Positions 45,453 to 55,652 of a stretch of 64,000 nt of DNA are shown here, piece by piece. Below the pieces are notes generated by a model. It ran no database searches. It had not been told where the DNA came from and was given only the letters and a program-made list of their open reading frames with translations. The first letter of the stretch is position 1, and the number at the start of each line of letters is the position of its first letter. Source of the stretch: Treponema sp. (GTDB lineage: Bacteria > Spirochaetota > Spirochaetia > Treponematales > Treponemataceae); the NCBI GenBank assembly GCA_016297415.1, contig JAEDGQ010000002.1, positions 16,172-80,171 of the forward strand. Reading direction: 5' to 3'. A program made the position numbers and the translations under genes.

Positions 45453-47168
45453 CTAATCCTGAGCAGCAGAACCTGTATTCATATTAGAAAGGAATGCCTT
45501 ATTATCCTTACTTTTCTTCATCTGCTGAAGAATAAGTTCTGTAATTTCAACATCTTCCATTGGAGCAATAACTTTGCGGAGAACCCAGATTTTCTGAAGT
45601 TCATCTTCTGTAAGAAGAAGTTCTTCTTTACGTGTTCCGGACTTTTTAATGTTGATTGCAGGGAACAGACGGCGTTCTGCAAGTTTACGGTCAAGGTTAA
45701 TTTCAGAGTTACCGGTTCCTTTAAATTCTTCAAAAATAACTTCATCCATACGGCTTCCTGTTTCAATAAGAGCTGTAGAGATGATTGTCAAAGAACCGCC
45801 TTCTTCAATATTGCGGGCAGCACCAAAGAATCTCTTTGGCTTGTGAAGAGCATTAGAATCAACACCACCGGAAAGAACCTTTCCTGATGTTGGAACAGTA
45901 ATGTTATATGCACGGGCAAGACGAGTAATAGAATCCAGAAGAATTACAACATCACGCTTATGTTCAACAAGGCGCTTAGCTTTTTCAAGAACCATTTCGG
46001 CTACCTGTACATGACGAGTTGCCTGTTCATCAAATGTTGAAGAAATAACTTCACCTTTAATTGCTCTTTCCATTTCTGTAACTTCTTCAGGACGTTCATC
46101 AATAAGAAGGACAATAAGGTAAACTTCAGGGTTATTGGCTGTAATTGCATTTGCAATCTTCTGCATAAGGATTGTTTTACCTGCTTTTGGAGGAGCAACA
46201 ATCAAAAGACGCTGACCTTTTCCGATTGGAGCAAAAAGATCTGCAATACGGCCTGAATATTCATCACTTACTGTTTCAAGAGTAAGTTTTTCATTTGGAT
46301 AAAGTGGAGTCAAGTTTTCGAAAGGAACACGGGTCTGAGCAATACGAGGCTCATCGAAGTTTACTGTTTCAATTCTAAGGAGAGCAAAGAAACGTTCACC
46401 TTCTTTTGGAGATCTGGTCTGACCATATACTGTATCACCAGTTTTAAGGTTAAACAGACGAATCTGGCTTGGACTGATGTAAATATCATCAGGACCAGGC
46501 AAATATGAGTTCTGAGGAGAACGAAGGAATCCGTATCCGTCAGGAAGGATTTCAAGGGCACCGGAAGCGAAAATTAATCCACCGTGTTCTGTATGAGCTT
46601 TAAGAATCTGGAAAATAACATCCTGCTTCTTCATTGAAGGAATTTCTTCTTCAGGGAATCCCTTTTCAATTGCCATTGCACGAAGTTCCGGCATGCTCAT
46701 TTTTGTAAGGTCATTAATAAGAATTCTTGGTTTTGATTCGTATTCTTCAGGATTTTCAATAATTTGTGCAGCAGCTGTTGCTTCATCTCTTGCAGCGTTT
46801 CTGGCAGCAATACGTTCTCTGTATGACTGACGGCTGTTTCTCTGATGATTATTGTTTCTGATCTGCCTGTTTTCTGAAGAAGCATCTTGTAAAGCTTCAC
46901 CTTTACTTTCTGTTTTAATAACAATTCTTCTTCTTGGTTTAACAACAGTTTTAGCTGCATTCCCGGTTTCTGCATTTTCTTCAGAAGCAGTCTGTGTTTC
47001 ACCTGATTCTGCAGGTTCAGATGCTGGTTCACCTGTACTCTGCTCTGCAGCAGGTTCTACAGGTGGTTCAAAAGTTTCTGGCTGAATTTCCAGTTCAAGC
47101 TGTGGCTGGGACTCTTCTTTTTTTGAGTCCTCAGATTTGTCGAGAAAACGACGTTTAAGTAATGCCAT
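45453..47168 (-). CDS. rho: Transcription termination factor Rho with N-terminal extension
   Basis: [49 protein letters not shown]. Confidence 0.97.
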   Translation of the reverse strand: MALLKRRFLDKSEDSKKEESQPQLELEIQPETFEPPVEPAAEQSTGEPASEPAESGETQTASEENAETGNAAKTVVKPRRRIVIKTESKGEALQDASSENRQIRNNNHQRNSRQSYRERIAARNAARDEATAAAQIIENPEEYESKPRILINDLTKMSMPELRAMAIEKGFPEEEIPSMKKQDVIFQILKAHTEHGGLIFASGALEILPDGYGFLRSPQNSYLPGPDDIYISPSQIRLFNLKTGDTVYGQTRSPKEGERFFALLRIETVNFDEPRIAQTRVPFENLTPLYPNEKLTLETVSDEYSGRIADLFAPIGKGQRLLIVAPPKAGKTILMQKIANAITANNPEVYLIVLLIDERPEEVTEMERAIKGEVISSTFDEQATRHVQVAEMVLEKAKRLVEHKRDVVILLDSITRLARAYNITVPTSGKVLSGGVDSNALHKPKRFFGAARNIEEGGSLTIISTALIETGSRMDEVIFEEFKGTGNSEINLDRKLAERRLFPAINIKKSGTRKEELLLTEDELQKIWVLRKVIAPMEDVEITELILQQMKKSKDNKAFLSNMNTGSAAQD

Positions 47169-47295
47169 TAAGATTTCTCCATAAATGGTTAAAAAATATT
47201 TAGAACTTTTAAAGGATTTTCAAAAAATGATAATAATAAATAAGATTTGATAAACTAATTATATTCTCTCAGTTAAAAAAAAGTCAACAAATAAC

Positions 47296-47754
47296 CTAGT
47301 GTGGAAGGTCAGATTTTACAATAAGAGCCTGCTTGTATTCATCAGATGCAACTGAAAATAAATCAACTTCAGGTTCTTTTTCAAGCATTGAAACCTGTCC
47401 TTCAAAGTCTACATTGTCTGCAATTCTGATTCTTCCTGTTAAAACATCACCAGTTACCTGACTTCCAGAGCACATTTCAACTCTTTCTTTTGCTTCAATA
47501 TTTCCTTTTACTTTGCCCGAGATTACAACAGAATTAACTTTAATTGAATCAACATCACAGATTGCAGTCTTGTCAATTTCAAGTTCACCAGTAGCATTAA
47601 TTCTACCTTTAAATTTTCCTGTAATTACAAGATTGTCTGAGAACTCAAGTTCACCGTCAAATTCAGTTTCTTTTCCAAAAACTGTAATGTTTTTTTTCTG
47701 AACTTCATCCTGTTTATTTTCAACTGTGTTTTCTGTTTTAATTTCTTCTGACAT
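47296..47754 (-). CDS. Bactofilin (polymer-forming cytoskeletal protein)
   Basis: TVFGKETEFDGEL...ITGKFKGRI...ISGKVKGNI...VTGDV...FEGQVSM beta-helix repeats. Confidence 0.9.
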   Translation of the reverse strand: MSEEIKTENTVENKQDEVQKKNITVFGKETEFDGELEFSDNLVITGKFKGRINATGELEIDKTAICDVDSIKVNSVVISGKVKGNIEAKERVEMCSGSQVTGDVLTGRIRIADNVDFEGQVSMLEKEPEVDLFSVASDEYKQALIVKSDLPH

Positions 47755-47758
47755 ATTT

Positions 47759-49207
47759 TTATTTTATATTATTTAATTTAACTTCGCAATACAAATGACT
47801 TTTTGTAAATGGAGCAAGTTCCTTTAATACTTCTCCACTACTGTTTATAACGCAGGTCTGACCGCTGTTTGTAGCCCTTACTGCCCATAAACCGGTTTCG
47901 ACACATCTGAAACAGGCTATGGCAAGATGCTGTTTCTGACAAGCCAGACTGTTTGACCAGGAATCATTACTGAGATTAACAATAATATTAGCTCCCTGTT
48001 TTTTCATCATGGCTGGTATCTCAGAGAAAGTATCTTCAAAACAAACTGGAGTTCCGGCCTTAATTAATTCATTAAAATTTTCAGCTCTAAACTCCAGAAG
48101 ATTGATTCCGTTTCCCTTCTTCCAGAAAACATTGCCGCTTTCAATCATCTTGATATAAACGGGACGAAGAATTGTTTTCAAAGGAAAATCTTCAGAAAAG
48201 GGAACAAGGTGATTTTTTCTGTACAAGTCAGTAAAGATTTTTTTTTCAGAATCCTTTTTAACAAGCAATGCACAGTTGTAATCATCATGATTGTTTCCTG
48301 TAATAAAAACTGCATCTTTTGATTCAAAATATTCAAAAAGGTCTTTTGCAAGCTTATGTCTTTTTTGACTTTCACTTTTATCTATGTATTTCAGAACATC
48401 AACAACAACTGCAGTTTCCGGCCATACAACAAGATCTGTTTCAGGATATTCCCGGAGAGCTTCATCCGTTAAGTTTTTCAGTTCTTCCACTTCCCTTATA
48501 TATTCATCAATTCCTTCCTGCCATGGATCGGCATTATTCTGTATCAAAAGAACTTTCAAAGAATTTTCGGATTCCTGATGTTTATAGGGATAAAAAGAAC
48601 AGAAAAGCATCAGACAGAAAAAAAATCCGGGAACCATTAAAGAAATGGACAACTCTGTAAAGGAAGTTTCAAATTTTTTTTCAAGAAATACTTCAATAAT
48701 TTTGAATATAAATACATTTACAGAAATTAAAAGAAGAGAACCTATCCAAATTCCAAATCTCGAAGCAGCGGAAAGGAAAAAAGAATTATTCCACTGAGAA
48801 TACACTGACAGGCAATAACCAAAACCAAGATAGCCTTTTACGCTTATTATTTCCTGAACAACTAAAAGCAGAACAATCAGAAGATAATGATATTTAATTT
48901 TGAATGAAAATTTTAATAAAAAAGACAAAACTGCCCAGTAAAATGCAAAAAGAATATATACAAAAAAACCAGCCCAGAAGTTATAAGTTATAAGCCAGTT
49001 ACAAACAAAAAAACAGCTTAAAAAACCATAAACAGTGCCGGATAAAACACAGTTTCTTAAATTGTTTTTTTTAAGAAGGTATAAAAAAGGAACAAGGTTA
49101 AACCATGAAAAAAAAGAAAGGCCATCAGAAAAAATGAAATTGGGATGACTTAGAAAAGTAAAAAAAGCTGATAAAAAGATTAAAAGGATATTAGAAAGAA
49201 AGTTCAT
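47759..49207 (-). CDS. lnt: Apolipoprotein N-acyltransferase
   Basis: TM N-terminus; WPET, KNHLVPFSE, VCFED triad motifs; NDSW; RATNSG. Confidence 0.9.
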   Translation of the reverse strand: MNFLSNILLIFLSAFFTFLSHPNFIFSDGLSFFSWFNLVPFLYLLKKNNLRNCVLSGTVYGFLSCFFVCNWLITYNFWAGFFVYILFAFYWAVLSFLLKFSFKIKYHYLLIVLLLVVQEIISVKGYLGFGYCLSVYSQWNNSFFLSAASRFGIWIGSLLLISVNVFIFKIIEVFLEKKFETSFTELSISLMVPGFFFCLMLFCSFYPYKHQESENSLKVLLIQNNADPWQEGIDEYIREVEELKNLTDEALREYPETDLVVWPETAVVVDVLKYIDKSESQKRHKLAKDLFEYFESKDAVFITGNNHDDYNCALLVKKDSEKKIFTDLYRKNHLVPFSEDFPLKTILRPVYIKMIESGNVFWKKGNGINLLEFRAENFNELIKAGTPVCFEDTFSEIPAMMKKQGANIIVNLSNDSWSNSLACQKQHLAIACFRCVETGLWAVRATNSGQTCVINSSGEVLKELAPFTKSHLYCEVKLNNIK

Positions 49208-49218
49208 TTGAACTTAAA

Positions 49219-49554
49219 TTATTCTTCGTCAGAAGGCTCATGGCCAGGAAGAACGGGCAAATCCCACAGTGATTTTTTAAGCTCCTGTCCAGAACGGAAA
49301 GCAGCTACATAATGAGGAGCAACAGTAAGCAGAGCCCCGGTTTTAGGATTTCTTGCTTTGGAACGGCCCTTTCTAAGTCTTGGTTCAAAAGTACCAAAAC
49401 CACGAAGTTCAATTGTATTTCCTTCTTTAAGGGCATCTTTTAATTCATCAAGAAGCTGTTCAACAACATCCTGAACGATTCTTTTTTCCCAATTTGTTTT
49501 CTGGTAAACTTTTTCAACTAAATCATATTTTGTTACTTTTTTAGCAGACATCAT
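49219..49554 (-). CDS. HU/IHF family DNA-binding protein (Hbb-like)
   Basis: IELRGFGTF..R.RKGR..ARNPKTG...AFRSGQELK. Confidence 0.92.
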   Translation of the reverse strand: MMSAKKVTKYDLVEKVYQKTNWEKRIVQDVVEQLLDELKDALKEGNTIELRGFGTFEPRLRKGRSKARNPKTGALLTVAPHYVAAFRSGQELKKSLWDLPVLPGHEPSDEE

Positions 49555-49646
49555 TTACCCCTTATCAAATTAGAAAAAAAAATTCCTGATACAGCCAGAT
49601 AAAAAAACCGGCTATATCAGGTTTTGTAGACTAAAGTCTAAAGTAA

Positions 49647-49931
49647 TTATTTTGAAGCTTCAGCGCTGAATGAAACATTGTAAAGTTTCATCATGCGTGA
49701 CTTCTTGCGTGAAACAGCATTGCGTGTAAGAACACCCTTGCTGCGTGCTGAGTCAAGCTTAGAAACAAGTGTGTTAAGCTTAGCTTTAGCAGCTTCTGCA
49801 TCTTTAGCCTGTACAGCTTCTACAAACTGTCTGGCATAAGTACGAACTTCACTTTTAATTGCTTTATTGTGCAAACGGCGAACTTCGCTCTGTGCATATT
49901 TCTTTTCAGCAGATGATTTTTTTCCAGCCAA
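49647..49931 (-). CDS. rpsT: 30S ribosomal protein S20
   Basis: SAEKKYAQSEVRRLHNKAIKS...NAVSRKKSR; TTG start at 49931 after GGGGGTG. Confidence 0.92.
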   Translation of the reverse strand: MAGKKSSAEKKYAQSEVRRLHNKAIKSEVRTYARQFVEAVQAKDAEAAKAKLNTLVSKLDSARSKGVLTRNAVSRKKSRMMKLYNVSFSAEASK

Positions 49932-50128
49932 AGGAGGCACCCCCAATTAAAAACTTTGATTATTTTATCAAAGCCGATTTTTATAGTCAATATGTTTTTC
50001 CTTGTAATTTCTATTAATATATCAAATTACACCATTTTATGGCATTCCACAGAACCTTAATTATTGACAGTAACTCCGATTAATATTATTATACTTGAAC
50101 ATATTCGAATATTTATTGGAGGATAGTC

Positions 50129-50305
50129 ATGGCTGGTGCTAGTAAGAACTCTCGTACTACAGTTGCAACACAGAAATTTGAATGCCCTGATTGTGGTGGC
50201 GAAATCGTAATGAAAACTATGTACGAAAACGGCAGACTCCGCAACCTTGCAGAGTGTTCAAAGTGCAAACGCACAGAACGTCGCCCTAAAGATTTCAGAA
50301 AATAA
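50129..50305 (+). CDS. Small basic zinc-ribbon protein (58 aa), absent from the ORF track
   Basis: GGAGGA RBS; MAGASKNSRTTVATQKFECPDCGGEIVMKTMYENGRLRNLAECSKCKRTERRPKDFRK; terminator follows. Confidence 0.85.
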   Translation: MAGASKNSRTTVATQKFECPDCGGEIVMKTMYENGRLRNLAECSKCKRTERRPKDFRK

Positions 50306-50322
50306 TCTTTAATAGGTTTTAT

Positions 50323-50370
50323 AAATCCCGCAGTGATTAAAGTACACAATCACCGGCGGGATTTTTTTTT
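50323..50370 (+). terminator. Rho-independent terminator
   Basis: AAATCCCGC-A-GTGATT...AATCAC-CG-GCGGGATTT followed by a T-run. Confidence 0.75.
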
Positions 50371-52832
50371 TAATCAATCAATCCTGCTACAGCACCTGCA
50401 ATTACATCAACTGTATCATAAATCTTAATAGTTTCAGGCACACTTGATGTAAACATTCTTCCATACTGTTTTTCAACAATTCTTCTGTCAAGAACAACAA
50501 TAGCACCTTTATCATCACTTCTGCGCATTAAACGACCAAATCCCTGACGGAATTTTATGACAGAATCAGGAACAGAAAGTTCCATAAAAGGACTTCCTCC
50601 CCTTTTCTGAATCAATTCAGATCTGGCTGCAAAAACAGGATCTGTAGGAACACCAAAAGGAAGCTTTACAATTATTACCTGAGATAAACTGTCTCCAGGT
50701 ACATCTACGCCTTCCCAGAAAGATTGTGTAGCAAACAGAACACTTGATGTATCTTCCTTAAACAGATTTAAAAGTCTGAATCTGTCATCATCCCCCTGCT
50801 TCAATATTTTCAATCCTGTCATTTTTAAAGCTGTACGGGCTGTATCACAGGCATGTCTTAGAGACTCATAAGAAGTAAACAAAACGAGAGTTTTTCCGCC
50901 TGCAGCTCTAATGAGTTTTACAATTGCATCTTCCGCATACCTTTGAAACTCAACAGCGTTTTCCGGAAAGGGTGCATCTTTTGTAACTGCAAAAACAACG
51001 TTAGTCTTATATGGAAAAGGCGATGGAAAACTTCCCTCTAAAACCCTTTCTTTTTCTGCAAAAGAAACTCCAGTTCTTTTTTTCCAGTAATTAAAAGAAG
51101 CACCAATAGATAATGTAGCAGATGTACATATCACACTATCCATAGGTTCATATACTCCTTTATTCATTGTCTGTGCAATATCAAGTGGAGTCTGATAAAA
51201 CTGAATATAATATGGATTGTCAAAACCTTTTGCAGCATTGGCACTAAGCCGTGTTTTTTGAATCCAAAAGACACATTCCGGATGTTCTGCCCATGCAAGA
51301 AAATTAGTAAGCATAGCTGCAGCATCTTCCAGTCTTCTTAATACACTTTTAGATTCATAAATTACAGGCGAATCACTTAATTCATCACTTACATAATCAA
51401 ACAGTTTTCTTACGTTTCCTGTAAATTCAACAAGATGCTTCTGCAATATAGACATATAGTGAAGCATATTTACAAAAAGCGCTGAATTCTGACCGTATAA
51501 TCGCAAAGTATATTCATTCTGCATGAGTTCAAGTGCAGACTGTTCCATATCTTCAAGAGCAACCTTTATATGGTTAATATTTTCTATCAAATCAGTTGAA
51601 TTATCTTCTGCAGTAACAAGAGATAAAAGTGAGAAAATAAAACCTGCAGCAGACCCTCGTCTTGTTCTGTACATTAAATTCAGCTGTTTTAAAATCTTAA
51701 ATCTGTTGAACTGTCCGCTAAAAAAAGAAGTTGCCGCATCTTCAATACCATGTGCTTCATCAAAAATAATTCTTTTATAAGGAGGAAGAACGGCAGTATC
51801 ATCATACCCGGCACCTTCAAGCCGTGATTCAATATCAGCAAAAAGAATATGATGGTTTACAACAAGAAGATTTGCATCTGCAGCTTCTTTACGAACTTTC
51901 ATAACAAAACACTTTTCCCTGAAAGGACACTTCATTCCCATACAGGCATCTGCTTCGGAGTTTACCTTCTGCCAGACATTTTCAGGAGGCATAAAAGACA
52001 AATCGCTTTTATTACCTGTTTTTGTATTTTTTGACCATTCATAAAGCTTATCAAAAGTTTCCTGTTCCTCAGAAAAAAGATCCCGTTCTTTTCCAGTTTC
52101 TTCAAGCCGTCTTAAACAAATATAATTCTGACGCCCCTTTACAAGAACAGCTTTGATTTTTTTATTCAGGATTTTTTCAGCCCCGGGAATATCTTTTTCC
52201 ATAATCTGCTGCTGAAGATTAATGGTACCTGTAGAAATAACTACTCTTTCTTTATTTTCTTCTGCCCAGAGAATTGAAGGTATTAAATATGAATATGACT
52301 TACCAACACCAGTTCCAGCTTCAAAAACTCCGATTTTATTTTCGTTAAAACATTCAGTAATTTTTTTTACAAGAGAAATCTGTACAGGTCTTTCTTCATA
52401 ATTTTCTGACTTTCTGGCAAAAGGTCCCTGTGCAGTAAGATAAAAAGCTGTATCTTCAGGATTTAATTTTTTGATTACTACAGGGAGAATTGGTTCCATT
52501 ACAGCATATACTTCTGTTACATCGTTATTAACGATATAGAATCCCTGAGCATTTTCGGAACAGTCAGAGGCAATAGACAAATCTGCAGATGATGGATGAA
52601 GATTTCCTGACGGATGATTATGAATAAGAACTGAACATTTGCGAGATTCAGAATAATTGACAGGAACAGAATTAGTGTTACCTCGGGCTGCAGCAACAAC
52701 AGTTACAACAACTCCCTCTTCATTAATTTTGCCGGCAAAGAAAACTTCATTTCCATCCGCTTCCTGGATTTGACGGCACATTTCTTTTCGTACATTTTCT
52801 GAAAATCTTCTGTTAATTTCCAATTTACCCAC
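50370..52832 (-). CDS. DinG/YoaA-family Fe-S helicase with N-terminal JAB/RadC-like domain
   Basis: N-terminal EVFF...HNHPSGNLHPSSAD; EAGTGVGKS, KGRQNYIC, CMGMKCPFREKC, DEAH, TSATL, FWEGVD, QGFGRLMR. Confidence 0.9.
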   Translation of the reverse strand: MGKLEINRRFSENVRKEMCRQIQEADGNEVFFAGKINEEGVVVTVVAAARGNTNSVPVNYSESRKCSVLIHNHPSGNLHPSSADLSIASDCSENAQGFYIVNNDVTEVYAVMEPILPVVIKKLNPEDTAFYLTAQGPFARKSENYEERPVQISLVKKITECFNENKIGVFEAGTGVGKSYSYLIPSILWAEENKERVVISTGTINLQQQIMEKDIPGAEKILNKKIKAVLVKGRQNYICLRRLEETGKERDLFSEEQETFDKLYEWSKNTKTGNKSDLSFMPPENVWQKVNSEADACMGMKCPFREKCFVMKVRKEAADANLLVVNHHILFADIESRLEGAGYDDTAVLPPYKRIIFDEAHGIEDAATSFFSGQFNRFKILKQLNLMYRTRRGSAAGFIFSLLSLVTAEDNSTDLIENINHIKVALEDMEQSALELMQNEYTLRLYGQNSALFVNMLHYMSILQKHLVEFTGNVRKLFDYVSDELSDSPVIYESKSVLRRLEDAAAMLTNFLAWAEHPECVFWIQKTRLSANAAKGFDNPYYIQFYQTPLDIAQTMNKGVYEPMDSVICTSATLSIGASFNYWKKRTGVSFAEKERVLEGSFPSPFPYKTNVVFAVTKDAPFPENAVEFQRYAEDAIVKLIRAAGGKTLVLFTSYESLRHACDTARTALKMTGLKILKQGDDDRFRLLNLFKEDTSSVLFATQSFWEGVDVPGDSLSQVIIVKLPFGVPTDPVFAARSELIQKRGGSPFMELSVPDSVIKFRQGFGRLMRRSDDKGAIVVLDRRIVEKQYGRMFTSSVPETIKIYDTVDVIAGAVAGLID

Positions 52833-52926
52833 CCGCTTTAATTATAGTAAATTTCCCCGGAAAAGCTAATGATAATTGCAAAGGGCAAAAAAAAAGTCTT
52901 GCAAAACTTTCGTTTTACAAGACTTA

Positions 52927-52998
52927 CATCTCCTAGCAGAATTGAACTGCTGTTGTCGGGATGAAAACCCGATGTCCTAACCACTAGACGAAGGAGAC
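52927..52998 (-). tRNA. tRNA-Glu(TTC)
   Basis: GTCTCCTTCGTCTAGTGGTTAGGACATCGGGTTTTCATCCCG...GTTCAATTC...AGGAGATG; CCA not encoded. Confidence 0.95.
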
Positions 52999-53093
52999 AT
53001 TCACGCTCTGTCGAGCTGACTTTGATATATTAACAAATTGAAAATTTTTCGTCAATAGCAAAACTTAATAATTTTTGTTTTTTTTATATTTTT

Positions 53094-54341
53094 TTACATT
53101 CCAATTCCCATTTTTTTAATGATTTTATTTTTAAGAATTGTCAGATCTTCATCCTTTAATCCCATGGCTTCTGCAGCAGAAATATCTTCCAGAGCTTTTT
53201 CATTTTCGCCTATTTTTGAAAGAGCCACTGCCCGTCTGAATCTGGCATGAGACTGGAACTCATTGATTTCAAGGGATTTTGTAAAATACTTTACCGCATT
53301 TTCATAATCACTTTTTACGCTGTAAACAATGCCCATAAAATAATATGATCTGAACCCGTTGCTGTCATTCTCTACACTGCTGGTAAAATCTTTCAGTGCA
53401 TTATCGTAGTCATTTGAGGCAAAATAAGCCATTCCTCGATGCTTAAATACAACAGATAATACAGGTGCAGGAGGAACAGGTGTGGATTCAAGAATCTGTG
53501 TATAAATCAAAATTGCTTTATCAAGTTCCCCGTTGTTGTGAGCATGAATAGCTTCCAAGAGCATGTCATCAATTGTACCTCTTACAAAGGGAGAAATACG
53601 GGCAATTTCTTTTTTCTTTGCTTTTTTTTCAGGAGAAACTTCACTTGTTGTTTCATCTACTTTTTCATAGAAAGACTCACGTCTTGCTGCAGTTTCCATC
53701 TGAAGTTTATTCTGGTAATCACGAATCTCCTGGAAAATTGTATCTGCAAGGCTTAAGCTGGCATTAATTGAAGCAAGCTTTCTTCTTAAAGGCATATCAA
53801 AAGGTGTAAACTCTGTTTTATAGATAAGTTCATGTTCTACTTCAGCCCAGGCATCCTGCAGAATTGTTCTAATCTGAATTTCGCAGACAATATTTGCTGG
53901 AATTTCAACATCACAATGTTCTGGCATACAGTCATCAGGAATTGCAACGAGAACATGGATAGATTCATACCCAAACTCCCGGAAATTCTGCCCGCTTCCT
54001 TTATATTCCACTTCTTTTACATCAAATAGATCTTTTACCTGTTGTTCAACATTATGAAGATCTTCCATAAATGCACAGATAATGCGAATACCCATCATAT
54101 CTGTTAAAGCAACAAGTTTTCCTCTGCAGGCAACTTCTTCAGCCTTTAAGCGTAAAACTTTTCGATAATAAGAATTAAAGGATTTTATGCGGGATTTGTA
54201 AGTAGGCATTGAAGCAAGTTTAATACTGGATTTAAGTTTTGCTTCGATGTTGTCTTTTATCTCTGTCAAAACACCGTTATATGATTCATAGGTTTTCTGG
54301 ATTTCATCTTTATGTGGAATTGTTACTGTTATTTTACTCAT
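53094..54341 (-). CDS. Small alarmone ((p)ppGpp) synthetase with C-terminal TPRs
   Basis: SRIKSFNS, DMMGIRII, GYESIH, EIQIRTILQDAWAEVEH; TPRs after residue ~260; no HD domain. Confidence 0.9.
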   Translation of the reverse strand: MSKITVTIPHKDEIQKTYESYNGVLTEIKDNIEAKLKSSIKLASMPTYKSRIKSFNSYYRKVLRLKAEEVACRGKLVALTDMMGIRIICAFMEDLHNVEQQVKDLFDVKEVEYKGSGQNFREFGYESIHVLVAIPDDCMPEHCDVEIPANIVCEIQIRTILQDAWAEVEHELIYKTEFTPFDMPLRRKLASINASLSLADTIFQEIRDYQNKLQMETAARRESFYEKVDETTSEVSPEKKAKKKEIARISPFVRGTIDDMLLEAIHAHNNGELDKAILIYTQILESTPVPPAPVLSVVFKHRGMAYFASNDYDNALKDFTSSVENDSNGFRSYYFMGIVYSVKSDYENAVKYFTKSLEINEFQSHARFRRAVALSKIGENEKALEDISAAEAMGLKDEDLTILKNKIIKKMGIGM

Positions 54342-54391
54342 ATTTGAATTCTAACATTGAACATAAGATTTTACAAACTTTAAAAGAGCAT

Positions 54392-54421
54392 AAAAAAACC
54401 GTCCGATTTTTCGGACGGTTT
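54392..54421 (-). terminator. Rho-independent terminator after flaA
   Basis: AAACCGTCCGA-N-TCGGACGGTTT with a T-run on the minus strand. Confidence 0.85.
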
Positions 54422-54449
54422 CCAGAAGTTTCCTAATTACTTAGTTAAC

Positions 54450-55565
54450 TTATTTAGCATTAGCAGCCTGACCACCGTTAGACTGAGCGTTAGAAGTTGA
54501 GTTTTCATCAAGTGATGATGAGAATGCTTCTTCTGTAGCCATCTTAGATTTTTCGAGGTAACGGTTAACCTGTTTGTTACCGAAGCGTGACATTTCAAGA
54601 TTCTGACGAGCAGTTTCTCTCTTTGTTACGATACCCCAAAGGTCTTCGTCTGCAATATCACGTTCTGAAGTAAGTTCAGCTTTATCGTAAATGATTTTTA
54701 CATCTTTGAAGTAACCGATGAAGTCATCACCCACATGAGCAGCATCACGAGTTACCTGGAAACCAGCGAACTTAACAAATGGAAGTCCACGTGGATAAAT
54801 TGGGTAAACGCGGATTTCACGTGTACGAACTTCTGTGATGTAATCCGGGTTATTCCATGTAAGAGTTTTCCAGCCGTCGAATCCAAGGTATCCCATGAAG
54901 TAACGGCGTGTAACATTGTCTGTGTCTGTAAGAAGAACATAGAGTCCGTGTGGGAAGTTCATACCCAATGTTGTACAAGCGATTGATTTGATTGTTCCAA
55001 CGTTCTTTACGAGACCGTAAGCTGGAGAATCTTCATCATCAGCTTCGAACAGTGTACGGCCAGAAGCTTTTTCTTCATCAGTCTGTGGCTGACGGTTACC
55101 ATTTTCATCAGCTGTTGAAAGTGGTTCATAAGCTGGGATTTCAAATGGTGGAACGATTTTAGCATTTGAGTTGTAAGCACCTGCCGGGAATACTATGCGT
55201 ACACCAAGAACGCTTTTTCCAGCAAATGGAACTTTTGCACCTTCACGAACTGGTGCTGGTTTTACAACTGAGTTAGCAAGAGCAGGAACTGTCTGTGCTG
55301 AACTGTTGAGTACAACTTCCCAGTCACCGATGTAAAGAGAAGTCTTCATAAGATCTTTCTGATCCTGATCGAAAGATGCACCAGCAGCAACACCATAATC
55401 CATAATTGTGCGGCTGTTTTCAGGGATTTCAACATCGCTGTCCTGAGCTTTGATAGTGATATCAGCATCAAGCATTGTGAAATCGATAAGAGTTGATTCT
55501 TTTGCAAATACAGATGCACCAAAAAGCATCATTACTGCAGCAGATAAAACTAAAGTTTTCTTCAT
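54450..55565 (-). CDS. flaA: Periplasmic flagellar filament sheath protein FlaA
   Basis: Signal peptide; LIDF, WEVVLNSSA, LGVRIVFP, GLVKNVGTIKSI, FDGWKTLTWNNPDY, YFKDVKIIYDKA. Confidence 0.95.
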   Translation of the reverse strand: MKKTLVLSAAVMMLFGASVFAKESTLIDFTMLDADITIKAQDSDVEIPENSRTIMDYGVAAGASFDQDQKDLMKTSLYIGDWEVVLNSSAQTVPALANSVVKPAPVREGAKVPFAGKSVLGVRIVFPAGAYNSNAKIVPPFEIPAYEPLSTADENGNRQPQTDEEKASGRTLFEADDEDSPAYGLVKNVGTIKSIACTTLGMNFPHGLYVLLTDTDNVTRRYFMGYLGFDGWKTLTWNNPDYITEVRTREIRVYPIYPRGLPFVKFAGFQVTRDAAHVGDDFIGYFKDVKIIYDKAELTSERDIADEDLWGIVTKRETARQNLEMSRFGNKQVNRYLEKSKMATEEAFSSSLDENSTSNAQSNGGQAANAK

Positions 55566-55652
55566 TCGAAGCTCCTTATATTTCGATTGATGTAGCCTTG
55601 TATTGTATAATTATTCTATATCAATTGTTTTTTGTCAACGATTTTTAATTGA

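Noticed and set aside
47759..49207. Very AT-rich lnt with poly-T runs as foreign or phase-variable DNA
   Set aside because: Explained by Phe/Leu/Ile-rich TM segments; the frame is intact and the gene sits in the rpsT-HU-lnt-bactofilin-rho housekeeping run.
50113..50349. Minus-strand 78-aa ORF
   Set aside because: Antisense to the better supported 58-aa zinc-ribbon gene, which has an RBS and terminator.
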